64,000 nt of DNA, taken from contig AP026129.1 of the NCBI GenBank assembly GCA_030295235.1, positions 1,116,001-1,180,000 of the forward strand, read 5' to 3'. The stretch is from Fistulifera solaris. Lineage: Eukaryota. A program made the position numbers and the translations under genes. Positions within the stretch are counted from its first letter, which is position 1. Each line of letters starts with the position of its first letter. A model generated the notes under the pieces. It did not search any database and was not told the DNA's origin. It saw nothing but the letters and a program-made list of their open reading frames with translations. This document shows positions 59,114-64,000 of the stretch, in pieces.

Positions 59114-59620
59114 GTGAGTCTGTACATACCAACAACTGGCTACCATTCCGTGATGCAGCGACAAGCGTTGCATACGCAATCAGTGAACATAATTATTCTT
59201 GCACAGTATGAAATACAAAATATTAGCTATAGTATATCAGGTCTCTTTGCAAAGCTATGCTCGAGACGAGAAATTCGTCGTAGCAGAGATATACGTCACA
59301 ATGTTTTGACAATACCAGGTACTACGTGTAATACATAGTGCATTCTAGACTACTTAAAAACAGTACGACAATCCGCCGGCTCTTTCCTCCAACGGACATT
59401 TTTATAATAAATAAAAAAGCTGGACGGCGTGACTCATCTCATACTGGAGTTTCTCTTCCAACTGCATCAACTCGCACCAACGAAAAGCAAACTCACGTTG
59501 CGATACAGAGAAAAGCATTTAGTGCTCTCGATACAATCTCTCTTTCTTTCAAACAGCCAGTTCACGCGCTTGACTTGAAGAACGTCAGCTTACTAGTAAT
59601 TGTGACTACAGTTTGTAAAG

Positions 59621-62289
59621 ATGGGTCTAGTAGCGACTTGGTTGAACGGAATCGGCTTGAGTTATGCGGTTCCAACATTTCATGCCGCCGGAATTGATAA
59701 TCCTGCGGCGCTGGCGCAGCTAGATGTTTCACACTTCGAGGCTCTCGGTGTCAAAGATGGCGAAGACCGACGAAAACTTTTCTTTCTCGTACAGCGCATA
59801 AAAATGGCCTGCGATAAATCCGACCAAACGTCATCCGAAGTCGACTCCGTTCTGGCAAAGACGATGGGCCCCAGTTTATCTTTAAATGCCTCACAAGCTG
59901 TAGAGCCCGACCTCGATATGAAACAGTCTAGCTCTCAGCAACCGTCGAAAGAGAATCAACAAGAAATTTTACCTCCCGCGAACCAAAGTCCACGACCAAT
60001 GCGTCGACATGTGGATACCGATTTGAAGCATGATGACGATGAATCGTTTTTGGAAAATAAGGCTTCCTTGTCGAATCAAAAGAGGATATTTCAAAGCCAG
60101 GGAAGGATAGCACAGATTCAGAACCGACTGCTACCAGTGTTGAAGAACTGCCGACCAACACTTCCACCGTAACAACGCGTCGAACCAGCCGTCGTATCGC
60201 CGAACAAAAACCTGTCTCGGAACGGCAAAGCAAGCTGGCAGCCCCAGGAAAGCGATCCAGCAGCCTCAACCGACTCTCTGCTGACACGGAAAGCAAAATC
60301 AATTCGAGGAGAACCACTGGATTGCTACAATTAGGGCCTGCGGAACCTCGTTCGATAGCCATGCGAGTCAACAAAAGGCTGTCGGTCATTCCAGCCGAAA
60401 CCGTGGCCCCGATGTCGCCTTTGGGTGAATTACTAGCGGATAAGATGGATACGAAGGCTTTGTCGGATTTGCCGTCGGTGCAGTTGTCGGACTTGCACGA
60501 TCAACTCTCCGTGTCAACATCCAACTCCAGTGGAGATAAGGCCAGTCGGCAGAGTCGATTCTCGCGCTCGTTGACCAACCCTGATATCGGTCGACCGAGT
60601 ATAGGAGGACATCAACACCGTTCTTCCAGTATGAATGGGAGAGTTTCAGTGCAAGGCCGCAAGGTGGATACATCGTTCAAAGCTCAAATTGAGAAATTGC
60701 GACAAGAGAATATTCAAGAGTTCGAAATGTTTGGAAAGCCCGATGCGAATCAAGATGCGTATGACGATAACATGCGCATACGTGTCATGGTTCGAAAGAG
60801 GCCCATGTCGCGCTCTGAAATCGTTGCAGCCGGTGATGTCGACGTTATTCATCCGTTCGACCATGGATCGTACGGAAGACTTCTCGTGTACAATCCCAAA
60901 ACAAGAGTAGACCTAACCAAGACGATTGAAGCTCTATCGTTTTCATTCGACAATGTGTTTGATGAGAAGTCTACAAACGCACAAATCTACGAAACTGCCA
61001 TTCGCGGTATGATCCCCAATCTGTTTGAAGGTCAATGGGCCAGTATTTTCGCATATGGACAAACGGGAAGTGGTAAAACCTTTACGATGATGGGTTCCAC
61101 CGTCACCGGACTGAACGAAAACACATTCGATCCCTCCAACTTAGGTCTGTACTACATGGCTGCTCTAGATCTATTTCAAGCCATACGAACACCCGGCTTC
61201 GAACACTTTGGAATCCGAGCTTCCCTATTTGAAATATACGGAGGCAAACTCTACGATCTTTTGAACGACAAAGGACAGGTAAAATGTTTGGAGGATAGTG
61301 CCGGTCGTGTCTGTTTTCCTGGCTTGACGGAGCATGCTGTTTACAGTGCTGACGAGCTCATGGACATCATTGACCAAGGCTCAAGTTTTAGAGCCACAGG
61401 CTCTACTTCCCGGAATGCCGACAGCTCTCGTTCCCATGCCGTATTGCAGTTACATCTCGTAGAAACTACACAGAATGGAAAGAATCAGTCAGAATTCAGT
61501 CGGCTGACCTTCATCGATTTGGCAGGGAGTGAGCGCGGGGCGGATACCGCAACGGCGAGCCGTGCAACGCGTCTCGAGGGATCCGACATCAACACAAGCT
61601 TACTAGCTTTGAAAGAAGTCATCAGGGCACTCGCTACAGGAGATTCGATGGCTCATGTTCCATTTCGCGGCAGTCGACTCACCCAGGTCCTTAAAGAGAG
61701 TTTCGTCGGGGAAAACAGTCAAAGCGTTATGATAGCTTGCGTGTCTCCGAATATAGGAAACGTGGAGCCTACATTAAACACGTTGAGATACGCTGATCGC
61801 GTGAAAGAAAGAAACTCTGAGACAGGTGAACTTTCGGCAGCTGTTGCCAGCAATATGAGAAGGAAAGTGAACGGGCGTTTACCGCCGCCGTCAAAAATTA
61901 ATTCGATGAAAAGATCTAACTCGATAGAAACGGACAACTCTGAGATGTTGGAAGAGCTGCTGGCGTCTCCCAAGCAAGCAGAGCGACCCACGTCGGTCGA
62001 CATAGATTATTCCACCTTGCCCGAAGACAATAAATGTCGTGAGCTTGCAAACGAATTGATAATGGAACACAAGCGAATTATGTCTGAGATGCTTGCAATG
62101 GTCAAAGACGAGATGACAATCGTGAATCAGGCCGATGCAGACCATGAGGGTCTTAAGGAATATGTCTCACAACTCAATGCCGTTCATGAACAGCAACTGT
62201 CTCACATTGCGATACTAAGGGAACATTTGCTTGCCTACCGAATAGCTCAAACAGGTGGAGATGATAGTTTCGAGGACTTGCGCGATTAA
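59621..62289 (+). CDS. Kinesin-13 family microtubule depolymerase with N-terminal SAM domain (frameshift near 60078-60081)
   Basis: SAM domain VATWLNGIGLSYAVPTFHAAGID...LGV..GEDRRKL. Internal motor: IRVMVRKRP, kinesin-13 loop-2 KTRVDLTK, GQTGSGKT, SSRSHA, DLAGSER, HVPFRGSRLTQVL, TLNTLRYADRVKE. Confidence 0.92.
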
Positions 62290-62414
62290 AGAGTCTTGCT
62301 TCGATCATTTCTATTATTTGGCGTCGCTTGTAGAATTAAAATTATGTAAAGAATCGATTAAAAACTACGACTAAATAGTAGCACTTCTATATTATTTATC
62401 CTCAGACGTAGATC

Positions 62415-64000
62415 TTAAGCCCAGTAAACGTGCGTCACGCCGATATTGTTTGCAACACCGCAACCTCTTAATCGAATCGCCACCTCGACGTTGTCTTGGG
62501 GACCAAAAGTCGGGTCATCCAACACGGTCAGATCTTGAACGACGCGCTGCACATTCGATACTTTAGCAAAGAAGGCATCCTTATTCAGAGTGATAATTTT
62601 CCCGTTGATTGCATAATCGAACTCAAAAGTGTCCGGGAAAACGACAGGATCAGCCTTGAGGTGTCGATGACCCAAGATCCAATCTCTATCTTTAAGGTCT
62701 ACATCATCCGGCCTACTCGAATGATTTTCAACCGATAAGGTAGACACCACTGACCCAGATACTTCTTCATGTAACCTTCGCTCGTTGTTGACTGAGGTCC
62801 ATTCTATTGTCATGTGATTTTCTTTGCGTCCTAACCAAGTGTACAACTTCAGAATGATTATTCCCTTTTCAACTCGGGGGATGTTTAGTACCAACCACCC
62901 TGAGAACTCATTTCCGGCAATATACCCTCGGCTATCATGGTGGCCCAACATCGGGCAGCTATCAAGGTAATGTCGCGCACAATGCGTGTAGTAACTTCCA
63001 TCGCATTCGCCTGGATATTCCTCCATGTGTTGCCAGCCTCTTCCAGGCACAATTGCTTCGCTCAAATGCCTTGAGAGGGCGTGGTTGTAATCATCGACTT
63101 CATCACGCGAGGGCTGCAGAGCTTTTTCTGACAAAATTCTTCGATTCGATGCTACAGCATATGGATCAGCTTCACCGGTACGAACAGCATCGCAAGTCGT
63201 GAGCACGTCTGGACCGTCGTACAACGGTTTGAAATTCTGGAACGGCTTATAATTGTTCGGAGCTGCCTTAACCAAGTTCAGCAAACTGGTTTCAGATGGA
63301 TTCGCGCGGGGTGTGTACAAACCGCGGCCCTATCAACGTAAAAACGAAACTTTTAGAATGGAATGCCCTGACCGATCGACTGCTATGCGGCACACTTACC
63401 TCCATTACCAAATCACATAACTTTGCTGGAAGTCGAGGATCTAATCCTTTGCAGTGCCCTAACGAGGAATCAAGATTTTTCAGCTTTTCACGAATATTGT
63501 TGTAGTATTCAGTGACGTGCCACATGCTGTCGTCGAGCGGTGGTCCACCTGTCGAAACAAGAACAGAATGTAAGCAAAAAAATAAACTAAAGCATCCCTT
63601 AAAACGATTCTCGACGTACCCATGGTGCCATCGCTGAAGAGCTGAATGGCCGCTTGCAAAGCGGTGAGAATGTTAATGGCCAAAACACGTCCTTTGAGTT
63701 GGTGAAATCGCCAACCAGGGTGCCATCTTACTTGACTCGGCGGTTCGGGACGTATGTTGAAAAACGTCTCGCGAGGAACATCGTCTCGGTCTACCCAGCA
63801 AGTTGCACAAAAACGATTCCATTTGCATAGGTCAGAGTATTCGTTCGTACATTTCATAAAACGGGCAGCCCAAGGAATCGTCTCAGCTTGCTCCACGCCT
63901 GTCACTTCCGGAATACCATTGAGACCCGTTCCAAAATCTCCCACATCCGCATCTACATGTTCGTGAAGGAATTGCATGATTTGAATCGGCCCGCCCCAGA
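62415..64000 (-). CDS. Partial (5' end outside the window) diatom-type hypothetical protein, possibly SGNH-fold; introns 63549-63619 and 63330-63399
   Basis: Both GT-AG introns keep the frame (GTMG|GPPLDDSMWH and VME|GRGLYTPRANP). WHPGWRFHQLKGRVLA resembles an SGNH block-V His motif. Cys-rich; ends in HVYWA. Confidence 0.7.

Noticed and set aside
1947..62289. Genome-wide programmed ribosomal frameshifting (Euplotes-like) or mass pseudogenisation
   Set aside because: The indels go in both directions, involve all four bases, sit in homopolymers and share no slippery-site-plus-stop motif. The reading frames show no other decay. Sequencing error is far simpler.
1..64000. CRISPR arrays, rRNA/tRNA genes, transposases or retroelements
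   Set aside because: I recognised no spaced direct repeats, cloverleaf or rRNA signatures, RT/integrase/transposase motifs, or terminal repeats by eye. A covariance-model scan would be needed to exclude small RNAs.

Overview
This is eukaryotic nuclear DNA, almost certainly from a diatom and probably a raphid pennate. Support: compact genes, GT-AG introns of about 67-86 nt, bipartite plastid presequences with a signal peptide followed by an 'A|F' ASAFAP-like site (SufD, HU), and diatom-expanded families (HA-domain, type-II LRR, HMG-box, sulfotransferase-like). About 30 protein-coding genes can be reconstructed. They include a class-V aminotransferase, SBDS, an HtrL-like protein, an RCC1-repeat protein, AP2 and HMG-box factors, GH5, GH1 and GH36 glycosidases, SufD, a DUF5672 protein, a BTB protein with a decayed paralog, a MORN protein, an HD hydrolase, a tandem dienelactone hydrolase, APC5, plastid HU, a metallophosphoesterase and a SAM-kinesin-13. 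Most genes are broken by 1-nt indels in homopolymer runs, in both directions, which points to unpolished long-read assembly error. The most notable observations are (1) a divergent IscU/NifU-N-like protein in which the conserved Asp is replaced by Cys, (2) a secreted, probably GPI-anchored two-domain dienelactone hydrolase with a duplicated intron position and a 13-nt micro-exon, and (3) a recurrent palindrome TACCWGGTA outside coding sequence. I recognised no rRNA, tRNA, CRISPR array or transposon. All family calls are from motif recognition by eye; no database search was run.
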